Under the pieces are notes generated by a model. The model did not search any database. It was given only the letters and a program-made list of their open reading frames with translations, and was not told the DNA's origin. From an uncultured Anaerolineales bacterium (GTDB lineage Bacteria > Chloroflexota > Anaerolineae > CAZSIG01), in contig CAZSIG010000001.1 in assembly GCA_964606195.1 (NCBI GenBank), forward strand, positions 1 through 29,194: a DNA stretch of 29,194 nucleotides, in the 5' to 3' direction. This document shows, one piece after another, positions 1 through 9,547 of the stretch. The stretch's first letter is position 1; every line of letters starts with the position of its first letter. Position numbers and translations under genes: made by a program.

Positions 1-2
1 TC

Positions 3-2864
3 GGTTTGAGCGTGCCGCGCAGTGGTATCGCCCATTCCCTTGACGAAGCGATGCAGGTCGTGCGCGAGACCGGCTTTCCGGCGATTATCCGCCCCGCGTT
101 CACGTTGGGCGGTTCAGGCGGCGGCATCGCGTACAACGTGCAGGAATTTCAAGAGATAGTGCGCAATGGCTTGGATGCCAGCCCGATTTCTCAAGTCTTG
201 ATTGAGGAATCGGTCATCGGGTGGAAAGAGTTTGAGTTAGAGGTGATGCGCGATTTAGCCGATAACTTCGTGGTCATCTGCTCCATTGAGAACTTCGACC
301 CGATGGGCGTCCACACCGGCGATAGCATCACCGTCGCTCCCGCGCAGACCCTCACCGACCGCGAATATCAGCGGCTGCGCGACATGGCGGCGCGCGTCAT
401 TCGGCGTATCGGCGTAGAGACTGGCGGCTCGAACATCCAGTTCGCGGTCAACCCGCAAGATGGGCGGGTGATGGTCATCGAGATGAACCCGCGCGTCTCG
501 CGCTCTTCAGCGCTGGCGAGCAAGGCAACCGGCTTCCCCATCGCCAAAATCGCGGCTAAACTCGCGGTAGGCTATACACTCGATGAGATTCCCAACGACA
601 TCACGCGTGAAACCCCCGCGTCGTTCGAGCCAACATTAGATTACGTGGTGGTCAAGATACCGCGCTGGGCGTTCGAGAAGTTCCCCAGCGCGAGTTCCAC
701 GTTGGGTACGCAGATGAAATCGGTCGGCGAGGCGATGGCTATCGGGCGCACCTTCCAAGAGGCACTGCAAAAGGGGTTGCGCTCGTTAGAGATTGATCGC
801 TACGGATTGGGCGCGGACGGCCACGATAAAATAGCTCCCGAACGACTGCGCGAGCGGCTGATTACCCCGCACCCCGACCGCATCTTCTATATCCGCTACG
901 CGTTTCAGACCGGCATGTCGTTGGAACAGCTTGCCGCGTTGACGCACATTGACCCCTGGTTTCTGGCGCAAATCGAGGATTTGGTCAACTTAGAGGGCAA
1001 GCTGCGCGCTTTTACCCTCGATACCATCCCGCGTGACTTAATGTGGCAAGCTAAACGCGCCGGTTTTTCCGATGTGCAGTTGGCGCATTTGTGCGCCGCG
1101 GGCGCGGGACGCGATATTGTAGGCGCACCCTTGACGGGTGCGAATAGCGCTGAGCTGCGTGTAAGACAAAAACGTGAGGAGTTCGGCATCGCGGCGGTGT
1201 ACAACCGCGTCGATACCTGCGCGGCGGAGTTCGCGGCGCATACGCCCTATCTCTATTCGACCTACGAAACTATCTGTGAGGCACAGCCAACGGCGCGATG
1301 CAAGGCAATGATTTTAGGCGGCGGTCCCAACCGCATCGGGCAGGGCATTGAGTTCGATTATTGCTGCTGTCACGCCGCGTTCGCCCTGCGCGATATGGGC
1401 ATCGAGACAATTATGGTCAACTGCAATCCGGAGACCGTCTCCACCGATTATGACACCTCTGACCGGCTCTACTTTGAGCCGCTGACATTGGAAGATGTGC
1501 TGAACATCGTGGATGTGGAAAAACCCGACGGCGTGCTGGTACAGTTTGGCGGGCAGACGCCGCTTAAACTAGCCCGCGCCCTCGAAGCCGCGGGGGTGCC
1601 ATTGTGGGGTACATCTCCTGACAGTATCGACTTGGCGGAAGACCGTGGGCGTTTCGGCGCGCTGTTGGCGGAATTGGGCATACCCACGCCGGAAAACGGC
1701 GCGGCGTTCTCGCTGGATGAGGCGCGGGCGGTAGCGGCGCGCATCGGCTATCCGGTGCTGGTGCGCCCCTCTTACGTCTTGGGCGGGCGCGCCATGACCA
1801 TCGTATATACCGATGATGAACTAGAACACTACATCCGCGAGGCAGTGGAGGTTACGCCAGACGCGCCGGTGCTCATCGACCGCTTTCTCGAAGACGCGTT
1901 CGAGATGGATGTGGACGCGATTGCCGATGGTGAAGATGTAGTCATCGGTGGCATCATGGAGCAGATTGAGCTGGCGGGCGTCCATTCGGGCGATTCCGCG
2001 TGTGTGCTGCCCACCTATATGGTCGCGCCGCAGCACATTGAAACTATGCGCCGCTATACTGTGCAACTGGCGCGCGCCTTGAAGGTGCGCGGGTTGATGA
2101 ATATTCAGTATGCGATGAAAGATGACGTGGTTTACGCGTTGGAGGTCAACCCGCGCGCCTCGCGCACGATCCCATTCGTCAGCAAGGCGGCCGGCGTGCC
2201 GTTGGCTAAAATCGCGGCGCAGGTGATGGCGGGCAAGACGCTGCGCGAATTAGGCTTGACGCGGGAGCCGGAGATACGCGGCTTTTGGGTCAAAGAGGTA
2301 GCGCTGCCCTTCACGAAGTTCCCCGGCGTCGATACGCTGTTGGGTCCCGAGATGAAAAGCACCGGTGAGAGCATGGGCGTGGCGGGCGACTTCGGCTGGG
2401 CTTACGCGAAGGCACAGATGGGCGTCGGGCATGAGCTTCCCACCGAAGGCGCGGTATTTCTGTCTGTAAACGATAACGATAAGCCGAAAGTGGTGGAAAT
2501 CGCGCGGCAGTTGGCGGAGATGGGCTTTGAACTGTTGGGCACATCGGGCACGGCGGCTTATTGCACCGCGCAGGGCTTGCCGACGCGGACGATATTCAAG
2601 GTGAACGAGGGGCGCCCGAACGCGGTGGACTTCATTGTCAACGGCGAAATCGCGCTGATTATCAATACGCCATTGGGCAAATCATCGTTCTCCGATGAGC
2701 GCGCTCTGCGCCGCGCCGCGGTGATGTATGGTGTGCCGTACACGACGACGCTCTCCGCGGCTGCCGCGGCGGTCGAGGCGATGCGCGCGATACGCGATAA
2801 TAGACTAAATGTGTGTAGTTTGCAGGAGTGGCAAGGTGAGCAGTGGTGTGATAGGGAAAAGTAA
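3..2864 (+). CDS. carB: Carbamoyl-phosphate synthase large subunit (5' end lies outside the window)
   Basis: Two ATP-grasp halves ([33 protein letters not shown]; [10 protein letters not shown]), oligomerisation-domain motif [12 protein letters not shown] and a C-terminal MGS domain (KVNEGRPN). The frame is open to the window edge. Confidence 0.98.
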   Translation, partial: GLSVPRSGIAHSLDEAMQVVRETGFPAIIRPAFTLGGSGGGIAYNVQEFQEIVRNGLDASPISQVLIEESVIGWKEFELEVMRDLADNFVVICSIENFDPMGVHTGDSITVAPAQTLTDREYQRLRDMAARVIRRIGVETGGSNIQFAVNPQDGRVMVIEMNPRVSRSSALASKATGFPIAKIAAKLAVGYTLDEIPNDITRETPASFEPTLDYVVVKIPRWAFEKFPSASSTLGTQMKSVGEAMAIGRTFQEALQKGLRSLEIDRYGLGADGHDKIAPERLRERLITPHPDRIFYIRYAFQTGMSLEQLAALTHIDPWFLAQIEDLVNLEGKLRAFTLDTIPRDLMWQAKRAGFSDVQLAHLCAAGAGRDIVGAPLTGANSAELRVRQKREEFGIAAVYNRVDTCAAEFAAHTPYLYSTYETICEAQPTARCKAMILGGGPNRIGQGIEFDYCCCHAAFALRDMGIETIMVNCNPETVSTDYDTSDRLYFEPLTLEDVLNIVDVEKPDGVLVQFGGQTPLKLARALEAAGVPLWGTSPDSIDLAEDRGRFGALLAELGIPTPENGAAFSLDEARAVAARIGYPVLVRPSYVLGGRAMTIVYTDDELEHYIREAVEVTPDAPVLIDRFLEDAFEMDVDAIADGEDVVIGGIMEQIELAGVHSGDSACVLPTYMVAPQHIETMRRYTVQLARALKVRGLMNIQYAMKDDVVYALEVNPRASRTIPFVSKAAGVPLAKIAAQVMAGKTLRELGLTREPEIRGFWVKEVALPFTKFPGVDTLLGPEMKSTGESMGVAGDFGWAYAKAQMGVGHELPTEGAVFLSVNDNDKPKVVEIARQLAEMGFELLGTSGTAAYCTAQGLPTRTIFKVNEGRPNAVDFIVNGEIALIINTPLGKSSFSDERALRRAAVMYGVPYTTTLSAAAAAVEAMRAIRDNRLNVCSLQEWQGEQWCDREK
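1119..1142 (+). repeat. GTAG-tagged REP-like hairpin embedded in frame in carB
   Basis: gtag-g-cgcaccc-ttgac-gggtgcg: GTAG tag plus a 7-bp perfect stem. It lies within an extra ~16-aa segment (…[12 protein letters not shown]…) of CarB. Confidence 0.6.
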
Positions 2865-3016
2865 TACAATAATTTAACCACTAAGAGCACCAAGAACACT
2901 AAGATTTTTCAGCCAATGGTAATCATACGCGATCAAAAGGTATCATTCAGGACATAAATTAGCTTAGTGCTCTTGGTGTCCTTTGTGGTTAAGTTGTAAT
3001 TATTTTAACCATTACT
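2841..3016. mobile_element. Degenerate MITE-like insertion at the carB stop codon
   Basis: Flanked by a 10-bp near-direct repeat gcaaggtgag (2831-2840) / gtaaggtgag (3017-3026). Both ends read CAGTRRTG inward. The interior holds an inverted-repeat pair. Confidence 0.5.
2872..2994. repeat. Long imperfect inverted-repeat pair (REP-like doublet)
   Basis: atttaaccactaagagcaccaagaacactaag pairs with cttagtgctcttggtgtcctttgtggttaagt across a ~60-bp loop. Confidence 0.8.
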
Positions 3017-3054
3017 GTAAGGTGAGTAGCTCGACAGCGGCGCGGTTTTGGGGC

Positions 3055-3083
3055 TTGGGGGTTGCGCGAGGGTGTGGTATAAT
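3055..3083 (+). promoter_or_regulatory. Putative sigma70 promoter with extended -10
   Basis: TG-g-TATAAT at 3075-3083 and ttgggg 17 bp upstream. Lies 70 bp before the UPF0175 gene, which has RBS aggaggtg. Confidence 0.5.
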
Positions 3084-3152
3084 TGGGCATTGATGATGTA
3101 ATTATTTTTTCCAATGCTGGGTTAGTCTTCCTATTGGAACAGGAGGTGAAAG

Positions 3153-3437
3153 ATGGATACATTAACGGTAGCTATGACCTTACCGCGTGACCTTTTGGGC
3201 GCGCTAGATGTTCCACAAATCAGGCTAGAAGCTAAACTGCGCGAATTAATCGCGCTGGAACTGTTTCGTGAAGAGCGCATCTCTTCTGGCAAAGGCGCGG
3301 AGTTATTGGGTATTTCCAAATGGGAGTTTATCCGCTTGTTGAACAAACATGGCATCTCTTATTTCACAGAATCTCCTGAAGAATTGGAAGCAGAAGTGGC
3401 TATGCTAGAGGCAGTATTAAGGGAACACAGTAAATGA
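3153..3437 (+). CDS. UPF0175 family protein (putative antitoxin)
   Basis: 94 aa with ALELFREERISSGKGAELLGISKWEF…L…GI motif. Strong RBS. ATGA overlap with the downstream PIN gene. Confidence 0.85.
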   Translation: MDTLTVAMTLPRDLLGALDVPQIRLEAKLRELIALELFREERISSGKGAELLGISKWEFIRLLNKHGISYFTESPEELEAEVAMLEAVLREHSK

Positions 3438-3919
3438 TAGTAGTGGCTAATTCGGGTCCCCTAATTTCTTTAGCGCGGGTTGGGCAATTGAACTTGCTGG
3501 AGACGTTATACAATCAATTATATATTCCTCTTGCAGTGCGCGAGGAAGTAGTACACAAGGGGTATGGACTTCCCGGCGCGTCGATGGTTGACGCGGCCTC
3601 CTGGATACAAATTAGGGCAATTCATGATACTGTAGCAGTTCAATTGTTGAGGAAAGAATTGGATGCTGGGGAAAGTGAGGCGATTATACTGGCTGTTGAG
3701 TTGCAAGCTGATTTATTGCTGATTGATGAAGCACGTGGGCGACGTGTGGCAGAGATGCGCGGGTTGTGTAAAACGGGAACACTAGGAACACTAATCGCGG
3801 CGAAGAAACGTTACATCATCTCTGAAGTAACACCATTGCTGGATGACCTCCGAAATGCAGGGGTTCACATGAATAGGGAACTGTATCAGAAAGTCCGCAC
3901 TTTAACAGGGGAAAACTGA
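3434..3919 (+). CDS. DUF3368 family PIN-domain protein (putative toxin)
   Basis: VVANSGPLI start, LDAGESEAI, LLLIDEARGRRVA and GTLGTL motifs typical of COG2405/DUF3368. Confidence 0.88.
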   Translation: MIVVANSGPLISLARVGQLNLLETLYNQLYIPLAVREEVVHKGYGLPGASMVDAASWIQIRAIHDTVAVQLLRKELDAGESEAIILAVELQADLLLIDEARGRRVAEMRGLCKTGTLGTLIAAKKRYIISEVTPLLDDLRNAGVHMNRELYQKVRTLTGEN

Positions 3920-3965
3920 GGCGTTGAAGAAGTACCTCTTTAATAATATTAGAGAGACGCGTCGC

Positions 3966-3990
3966 GTAGGGATGTAGCGAGCTACGCCCT
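3966..3990 (+). repeat. GTAG-tagged REP-like hairpin
   Basis: gtagggatgtagc-ga-gctacgccct: GTAG tag and an imperfect stem. Confidence 0.6.
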
Positions 3991-4016
3991 TTCATGTTTA
4001 CAATCCTGTGTATATT

Positions 4017-4045
4017 TGGACATAACCGCGTAGATGCGGTACAAT
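4017..4045 (+). promoter_or_regulatory. Putative sigma70 promoter for purA
   Basis: TGGACA-N17-TACAAT, 33 bp upstream of the purA ATG. RBS aaggag at 4065-4070. Confidence 0.55.
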
Positions 4046-4078
4046 ATTGCAAATTAACCGATAGAAGGAGATTGGCAA

Positions 4079-5347
4079 ATGACAGTAACCGTGGTAGTAG
4101 GAGCGCAGTGGGGCGATGAAGGCAAGGGGCGCATCATAGATTATTTGGCACAAGACGCGAACATGGTAATCCGGTTTCAGGGAGGGGATAACGCCGGACA
4201 TACCGTCATCAACGAACATGGTAAATTCGCGCTGCATATTATCCCTTCCGGTATTTTTAATCCTAAGACCACCTGTCTGGTCGGCGCGGGAACGGTGGTC
4301 AATTTCGACATAATGGCGGAAGAACTCGCTAAGTTAGAAGCCGCGGGTATAAGTACGAGCAATCTAGTAGTCGATAAACGCGCCCACCTGATTTTGCCCT
4401 TCCATCGCCAACTTGACGGCGCGGAGGAGGCTTCGCGTCGGGAAGGATGGACGGTGGGTACAACTAAACGCGGCATTGGACCTACTTACGCTGATAAAAC
4501 GGCGCGCAACGGGATACGTGTCGGTGACATACTACGCCCTGACCGCTTGCGCCCCCGTCTGGAAATGCTCGTGCCGCGCAAAAACCGCGACCTGACCTTC
4601 TTTGGCTTATCGGAGGTCAACGTTGATGAGTTGATGGAACTCTGCATGGACTGGCGCGATGAATTTGAACAGCGTATCGTAGATTCAGTGCCCATAGTGC
4701 GCGGCGCGGTGCGTAGCGGAAAGAATATCTTGCTGGAAGGGCAGTTGGGGGCTATGCGCGGGCTGGATTGGGGTATCTATCCCTTCGTCACATCTTCGTC
4801 ACCGACGGCGGGCGGCGCGTGTATCGGCGCGGGGGTGCCTCCGCGCGCCATTGATGAGGTATTAGGTGTCGTTAAAGCGTATTCGACCTCAGTGGGCTTC
4901 GGTCCGCTGCCGACTGAATTACATAGTGACATCGGCGAAAAGCTGCGCGAAGTAGGCGGAGAGTTCGGCGCGACCACCGGGCGCCCGCGCCGCTGCGGTT
5001 GGTTCGACGGTATCGCGGTCAGTTACGCGAGTTGGCTCAATGGCTTCACCGGCATCGCGGTGACTAAACTCGATGTGCTGGACACCTTTGAGACGATTCA
5101 ACTCTGTGTCGGCTATCGGCGCGGCAATGAGATGTTCGACTACGTGCCGGACACCGCGACTCAGGAAGAGGTTGAGCCGATTTACGAGGTTTGGGAGGGG
5201 TGGATGACCGATACCAGCGGTGCCCGCGCATGGGATGATTTGCCAATAGCTGCGCAAAACTACCTGCGGCGGATTGAGGAGTTGGCGAACGCGCCGATTA
5301 AGTTTGTCTCGGTGGGACCGGAGCGCGACCAAATCATTGTTTTGTAG
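4079..5347 (+). CDS. purA: Adenylosuccinate synthetase
   Basis: [33 protein letters not shown] and [16 protein letters not shown] motifs. Confidence 0.98.
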   Translation: MTVTVVVGAQWGDEGKGRIIDYLAQDANMVIRFQGGDNAGHTVINEHGKFALHIIPSGIFNPKTTCLVGAGTVVNFDIMAEELAKLEAAGISTSNLVVDKRAHLILPFHRQLDGAEEASRREGWTVGTTKRGIGPTYADKTARNGIRVGDILRPDRLRPRLEMLVPRKNRDLTFFGLSEVNVDELMELCMDWRDEFEQRIVDSVPIVRGAVRSGKNILLEGQLGAMRGLDWGIYPFVTSSSPTAGGACIGAGVPPRAIDEVLGVVKAYSTSVGFGPLPTELHSDIGEKLREVGGEFGATTGRPRRCGWFDGIAVSYASWLNGFTGIAVTKLDVLDTFETIQLCVGYRRGNEMFDYVPDTATQEEVEPIYEVWEGWMTDTSGARAWDDLPIAAQNYLRRIEELANAPIKFVSVGPERDQIIVL

Positions 5348-5404
5348 TTCTCCCGATTGATTTAACAAACGACTGTTTTTTGAAGGTATTTGAAAGTAAA
5401 ACTA

Positions 5405-5683
5405 ATGGAGTTAGAACTGGAATTCGTTGCTAACGCGTTCAAACATGGCGTTACCGAAGAGGAGATTTGGGAAGTATTTCTCAATGATATGGTTAGATGC
5501 GTTATTGTGAAATACAAAAAGAGTGGAACAGATGTTATCTATAATGCTTATGGTATCACTTATGCGGGCAGATATTTGGAAATTGGATATGTAAGGAAAA
5601 CTGCTTCTCAATACCGCGTAATACATGCTATGGATATGCGCGATGCGACCAGAAAAAGATTTAGAAAAATGAGGAAGCTATGA
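5405..5683 (+). CDS. Putative type II toxin, BrnT/DUF4258-like
   Basis: ~92 aa, AT-rich. GRYLEIGY…YRVIHAMDM resembles BrnT/RelE-fold toxins. Overlaps the downstream gene (ATGA). Start could be TTG 5390 or ATG 5405. Confidence 0.6.
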   Translation: MELELEFVANAFKHGVTEEEIWEVFLNDMVRCVIVKYKKSGTDVIYNAYGITYAGRYLEIGYVRKTASQYRVIHAMDMRDATRKRFRKMRKL

Positions 5684-5970
5684 TGGTGAAACTAGAGAAG
5701 ATACCAGATTTTAAGGATGAGCAAGAGATAATTGCCTTTATGGAACAGCATGATGGTTTTGAATTGGTAGACCGCGGATTGGCGGAGATAGTGAAAACTC
5801 CTGTCTTTTATCGGAAAAACCAGATTGAACTTGACGATGATACATTAGAACTTTTAGATGAATTAATTGCAGCAGGAGTTTGCGAGAATAAACAAGAAGC
5901 GGTTAATAACGCGGTACACAGTTATGTATTAGCAGTGTTGCCGCAGTCTTATAAACTAATGCGGGGATAA
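5680..5970 (+). CDS. Putative antitoxin (CopG/BrnA-like N-terminus, ribbon-helix-helix-like C-terminus)
   Basis: IPDFKDEQEIIAFMEQHD resembles CopG-type antitoxin N-termini. Coupled to the upstream toxin-like gene. Confidence 0.6.
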   Translation: MMVKLEKIPDFKDEQEIIAFMEQHDGFELVDRGLAEIVKTPVFYRKNQIELDDDTLELLDELIAAGVCENKQEAVNNAVHSYVLAVLPQSYKLMRG

Positions 5971-6023
5971 TAGAGCACGATTCACTACGGTTTATTTGAG
6001 AACCTATCTCTACAAAAGTACCT

Positions 6024-7436
6024 ATGCCAAAAAACACCTTCTCTCACAAAACCTACCTATCTCCCTTCACCTGGCGCTATGGCACTGACGCGATGCGCCG
6101 CGTATGGTCGGAGGTGCATAAACGCCGCCTGCTGCGCCGCGTGTGGGGCGCGCTGGCGACCGCGCAGTATGAGGCGGGATTAGTCACCGCGGAGCAGTTG
6201 GCGGATTTGCGCGCGCATAAAGATGATGTGGACATCGTCCGCGCCGCGGAGATAGAGGCGGAAATCAAGCACGACTTGATGGCAGAGGTCAAAACCTATG
6301 CCGAACAGTGCGCGGTCGGCGGCGGCATAATCCATCTCGGCGCGACCAGCATGGACGTGCTGGACAACGTGGACGCACTGCGGGTGCGCGAGAGCCTCGA
6401 TTTACTGCTCGCCGCGACGCGCGCCCTGCTCGCCGACTTAGCCGACTTGATTACCGAACGCGCCGCGCAGCCTTGCATGGCGTTCACCCACATTCAACCC
6501 GCGGAGCCAACCACCGTCGGTTATCGACTGGCACAGTATGGTCAAGATTTGCTGACCGATTATCGGGAGCTGCGCCGCGTACGCGATGGCATTCGCGGCA
6601 AGGGCATCAAGGGCGCGGTTGGGACTTCCGCTTCCTACGCGGAACTACTTGCAGGCACCGGGCTGTCCGCCGCCAAATTGGAAGGGCGCGTGATGGAACT
6701 GCTCGACTTGGCATCGTTCCCCGTCGCTACCCAAACCTACCCGCGCAAGCAAGATTGGTTAGTGCTCAACGCGCTGGTGGGCTTGGCAGGGTCGCTACAC
6801 AAGTTCGCGTTCGACCTGCGTATTATGCAATCCCCCCCGTTTGGCGAGTGGAGCGAACCGTTCAGCGCGAAACAGGTCGGCTCATCCGCGATGCCATTCA
6901 AGCGCAATCCTATCACCGCGGAGAAAATCGACTCGCTGGCGCGGTATGTGGCAACGCTGCCTCGCGTGATGTGGGACAACGCGGCGCACTCGCTGCTAGA
7001 GCGCACGCTGGACGACTCGGCAAATCGGCGCGAAGTATTGCCCGCCGCGTTTCTGGCGGTCGACGAACTGCTAAAATCGGCGGGGCGTATTCTGCGAGAT
7101 TTGCGCATCAATGACTCGGTTATCGCACGCAATTTGACGGTTTACGGCGTATTCGCAGCGACGGAGCGGGTGTTGATGGCGGCAGTGCGCGCGGGCGCGA
7201 ATAGGCAGGAGATGCACGAAGTAATTCGCGAACATTCCCTCGCGGCGTGGGCGGCTGTTCAATCTGGCGGCGGCGAGAACCCCCTGCCGCAAAACTTGAG
7301 CGCGAATGAGCGCATAACGCGGTATTTATCACCGGAGCGCGTGTTGCAGTTGATGGATGCTACCGCGTACGTCGGCGACGCGCCGCAGAGAGCTAGTGCT
7401 CTCGCGGCTGAACTTCGCGCTGTCATCGAAGCATAA
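6024..7436 (+). CDS. purB: Adenylosuccinate lyase
   Basis: Fumarase/ASL signature GSSAMPFKRNP, HDLMAE, IHLGATS and FTHIQPA. Confidence 0.96.
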   Translation: MPKNTFSHKTYLSPFTWRYGTDAMRRVWSEVHKRRLLRRVWGALATAQYEAGLVTAEQLADLRAHKDDVDIVRAAEIEAEIKHDLMAEVKTYAEQCAVGGGIIHLGATSMDVLDNVDALRVRESLDLLLAATRALLADLADLITERAAQPCMAFTHIQPAEPTTVGYRLAQYGQDLLTDYRELRRVRDGIRGKGIKGAVGTSASYAELLAGTGLSAAKLEGRVMELLDLASFPVATQTYPRKQDWLVLNALVGLAGSLHKFAFDLRIMQSPPFGEWSEPFSAKQVGSSAMPFKRNPITAEKIDSLARYVATLPRVMWDNAAHSLLERTLDDSANRREVLPAAFLAVDELLKSAGRILRDLRINDSVIARNLTVYGVFAATERVLMAAVRAGANRQEMHEVIREHSLAAWAAVQSGGGENPLPQNLSANERITRYLSPERVLQLMDATAYVGDAPQRASALAAELRAVIEA

Positions 7437-7527
7437 CTTTTTGTCCTTTATGGGGTTATTAACAAAGAAAGTAGTTATGAGTAACCGGACAAGGTTTCGT
7501 TTGAAAAAAGTACCGCGAAATTGTTGC

Positions 7528-7648
7528 ATATGTCACCCTGAGCGCAGCGAAGGGGCTCGTTGTTGTAATAAAACCGCGTCTGGGGGACAGAAAATACTCC
7601 TCGATAGTGCAAACGGGATGCTTCGCTGCGCTCAGCATGACATGATTA
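7528..7648 (+). repeat. 121-bp palindromic element, left direct repeat of the GIY-YIG gene
   Basis: Arms tgtcaccctgagcgcagcgaagg… and …cttcgctgcgctcagcatgaca. 115/121 identical to 7998-8118. Confidence 0.95.
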
Positions 7649-7692
7649 CTGTATACATTAATACCTCGATATAGATATAGGAGTTCGATGTT

Positions 7693-7980
7693 TTGAATAA
7701 TTACTATGTCTATATCATGACCAATCACTCAGGAACTCTTTATATTGGTGTTACTAATGATTTACAGCGTCGCGTTTGGCAGCATAAGCAAAAGCTCATT
7801 AAGGGTTTCACTAAACGCTACAATATTACGCGGTTGGTCTATTACGAGGAAACTTCTGATATAAAGGCTGCAATCACTCGCGAAAAACAACTAAAGGGTT
7901 GGATACGTAGAAAGAAAATTGTTTTGATAGAATCATGTAATCCTGACTGGAAAGATTTGAGTGACAATTGGTATAAGTGA
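7693..7980 (+). CDS. GIY-YIG nuclease family protein (UPF0213/YhbQ-like)
   Basis: YYVYIM…LYIGVTNDLQRRVWQHK, LVYYEE, AITREKQLKGW and NPDWKDL. TTG start 10 nt after AGGAG. Confidence 0.93.
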   Translation: MNNYYVYIMTNHSGTLYIGVTNDLQRRVWQHKQKLIKGFTKRYNITRLVYYEETSDIKAAITREKQLKGWIRRKKIVLIESCNPDWKDLSDNWYK

Positions 7981-7997
7981 GAGCTTAATTTCGCGAG

Positions 7998-8118
7998 ATA
8001 TGTCACCCTGAGCGTAGCGAAGGGTCTCGTTGTTGTAATAAAACCGCGTCTGGGGGTCAGAAAATACTTCTCAATAGTGCAAACGAGATGCTTCGCTGCG
8101 CTCAGCATGACATGATTA
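7998..8118 (+). repeat. 121-bp palindromic element, right direct repeat of the GIY-YIG gene
   Basis: Direct copy of 7528-7648 at a 470-bp period, with 6 substitutions. The loop is shared too. Confidence 0.95.
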
Positions 8119-8179
8119 GAAATAGCTTGATATTGTCAAAGCAGTCGTTTCACAGAGTTTTCATTGGAGTCGAAGAAAT

Positions 8180-9436
8180 ATGCGTAGTCAAATACCGCGG
8201 GGGGTACAAGACCGCTTCTTAACTGAGGCTGCTCGTTTACGGTGGGCAGAAGCCGCGCTGCGGACACAGTTCGAGCGGTGGGGCTATCAGGAGGTCATTC
8301 CACCTACTTTTGAGCTTTATGATAATCTAGCTGTAGGCGAAGGCGCGGATTTACAGCAAGCGATGTACCGCTTCTTCGACCGCGAAGGATATACCCTCGC
8401 GCTGCGCGCCGACTTCACGCCACAGATGGCGCGCATCGCGGCGACAAAACTGTTCGACCAACCGATGCCACTACGTTGTTTTTACATGGGCAGTCTATTT
8501 CGCTACGAGGAGCCGCAAGCGGGCAAACAGCGCGAGTTCACCCAAGCGGGCGTGGAACTCATCGGCGCGGACACCGTCGCGGGGGATAGTGAAGTAGTGG
8601 CGTTAGCCATCGCCGCGCTAGACGCGTTAGAATTGCGCGATTTTCAGGTTAATCTGGGGCAGATGGCTTTCTTTCGCGCCTTGACTGCTGAACTGCCAAA
8701 TGATGAATTGACCGCTATTCGAGACGCTATCGACCATAAAAACTGCGCCCGCTTGACCGCTGCGTTAGACCGCGCCGAAGTGAGCGGGGCGCGGCGTAAG
8801 CTGCTGCTGCGATTACCATTCATGGTTGGCGATGTGCAAGTGCTGGAAGAGGCGCGTAGGCTCAGTCAAAAGCTGGTCGATGCGGCGTCCGCGCTGGCGG
8901 CATTGGAACGATTGGCGGAGGTTTATCGCCTGCTACAAAATTACGGCGCAGTGAATCGCGTCATCATCGATTTGAGCGAGGTACGCGGCATGGATTATTA
9001 CACCGGACTGACCTTTCGCGGCGTTGCGCCCGGCTTGGGTTGGCCGGTGGTCAGCGGGGGGCGATACAACGATTTCATCGCGCGTTTTGGGCGCCAGATG
9101 GCGGCGGTCGGCTTCGGGTTGAGCGTTGACCGCGTGTTGCTGCTACAAGCGCAACAGAATGTGCCGGTTCCTGCTACGGCTCCACATTTATTGGTACAGG
9201 GCTGCAACCGCACAGCTTGTTTGGAATTGATGACCCAACTACGCCGGCGCGGCTGCCGCGTCGCGGTCGATGTGCTGGGCTTGAGCGCGACGGAGTTGAC
9301 CGAGCAGGCACAGCGGCGCGGCATCCCGCGCACTCTGAGGCGTACTGGCGACGCTTGGCTGCTGTCCGATAAGCGTGGTGAGCATATTATGACCGCCGCC
9401 GCGGTGTTGCATGAAATGGAGAAGTGGCTAGCTTGA
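8180..9436 (+). CDS. hisZ: ATP phosphoribosyltransferase regulatory subunit
   Basis: HisRS-like paralog (IPRGVQD, LALRADFTPQMAR, REFTQAGVELIG, DYYTGLTF, GGRYN) directly upstream of a short-form hisG. Confidence 0.93.
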   Translation: MRSQIPRGVQDRFLTEAARLRWAEAALRTQFERWGYQEVIPPTFELYDNLAVGEGADLQQAMYRFFDREGYTLALRADFTPQMARIAATKLFDQPMPLRCFYMGSLFRYEEPQAGKQREFTQAGVELIGADTVAGDSEVVALAIAALDALELRDFQVNLGQMAFFRALTAELPNDELTAIRDAIDHKNCARLTAALDRAEVSGARRKLLLRLPFMVGDVQVLEEARRLSQKLVDAASALAALERLAEVYRLLQNYGAVNRVIIDLSEVRGMDYYTGLTFRGVAPGLGWPVVSGGRYNDFIARFGRQMAAVGFGLSVDRVLLLQAQQNVPVPATAPHLLVQGCNRTACLELMTQLRRRGCRVAVDVLGLSATELTEQAQRRGIPRTLRRTGDAWLLSDKRGEHIMTAAAVLHEMEKWLA

Positions 9437-9439
9437 GGT

Positions 9440-9504
9440 GTGAGGCGCGAAACGTAAGACGTGAGACATGAAACGTAATGCGTGAAGCCTTGCGCATTAC
9501 GTTT
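9440..9504. repeat. Degenerate 7-bp tandem repeat array ending in a 12-bp hairpin
   Basis: Units gtgaggc/gcgaaac/gtaagac/gtgagac/atgaaac/gtaatgc/gtgaagc. Perfect stem aaacgtaatgcg (9471-9482) / cgcattacgttt (9493-9504). Confidence 0.75.
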
Positions 9505-9547
9505 TGTGTATATGGGAATTTGATGTCAATAGTGAGGAGGTAAGCTC

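Noticed and set aside
2872-2994. attC-like site (ATTTAAC … GTTAAGT, 123 bp)
   Set aside because: The R boxes fit, but the spacers pair (no unpaired central spacer or clear extrahelical bases). No similar sites follow the other accessory genes and no intI is in the window. Better explained as a REP-type doublet.
6308-7114. 268-aa alternative-frame ORF inside purB; likewise 19169-19933 and 24556-25287
   Set aside because: Overlaps well-supported genes, has Arg/Gly-rich composition typical of GC-rich shadow frames and shows no motifs.
7437-7500. ttgtcc…ggttatt / agtaaccggacaa as a MITE shell around the GIY-YIG unit
   Set aside because: The match is interrupted and no matching end was found downstream of 8118.
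7528-8118. CRISPR array or IS element
   Set aside because: The repeats are 121 bp and enclose a gene. There is no transposase and no terminal inverted repeats for the unit as a whole.
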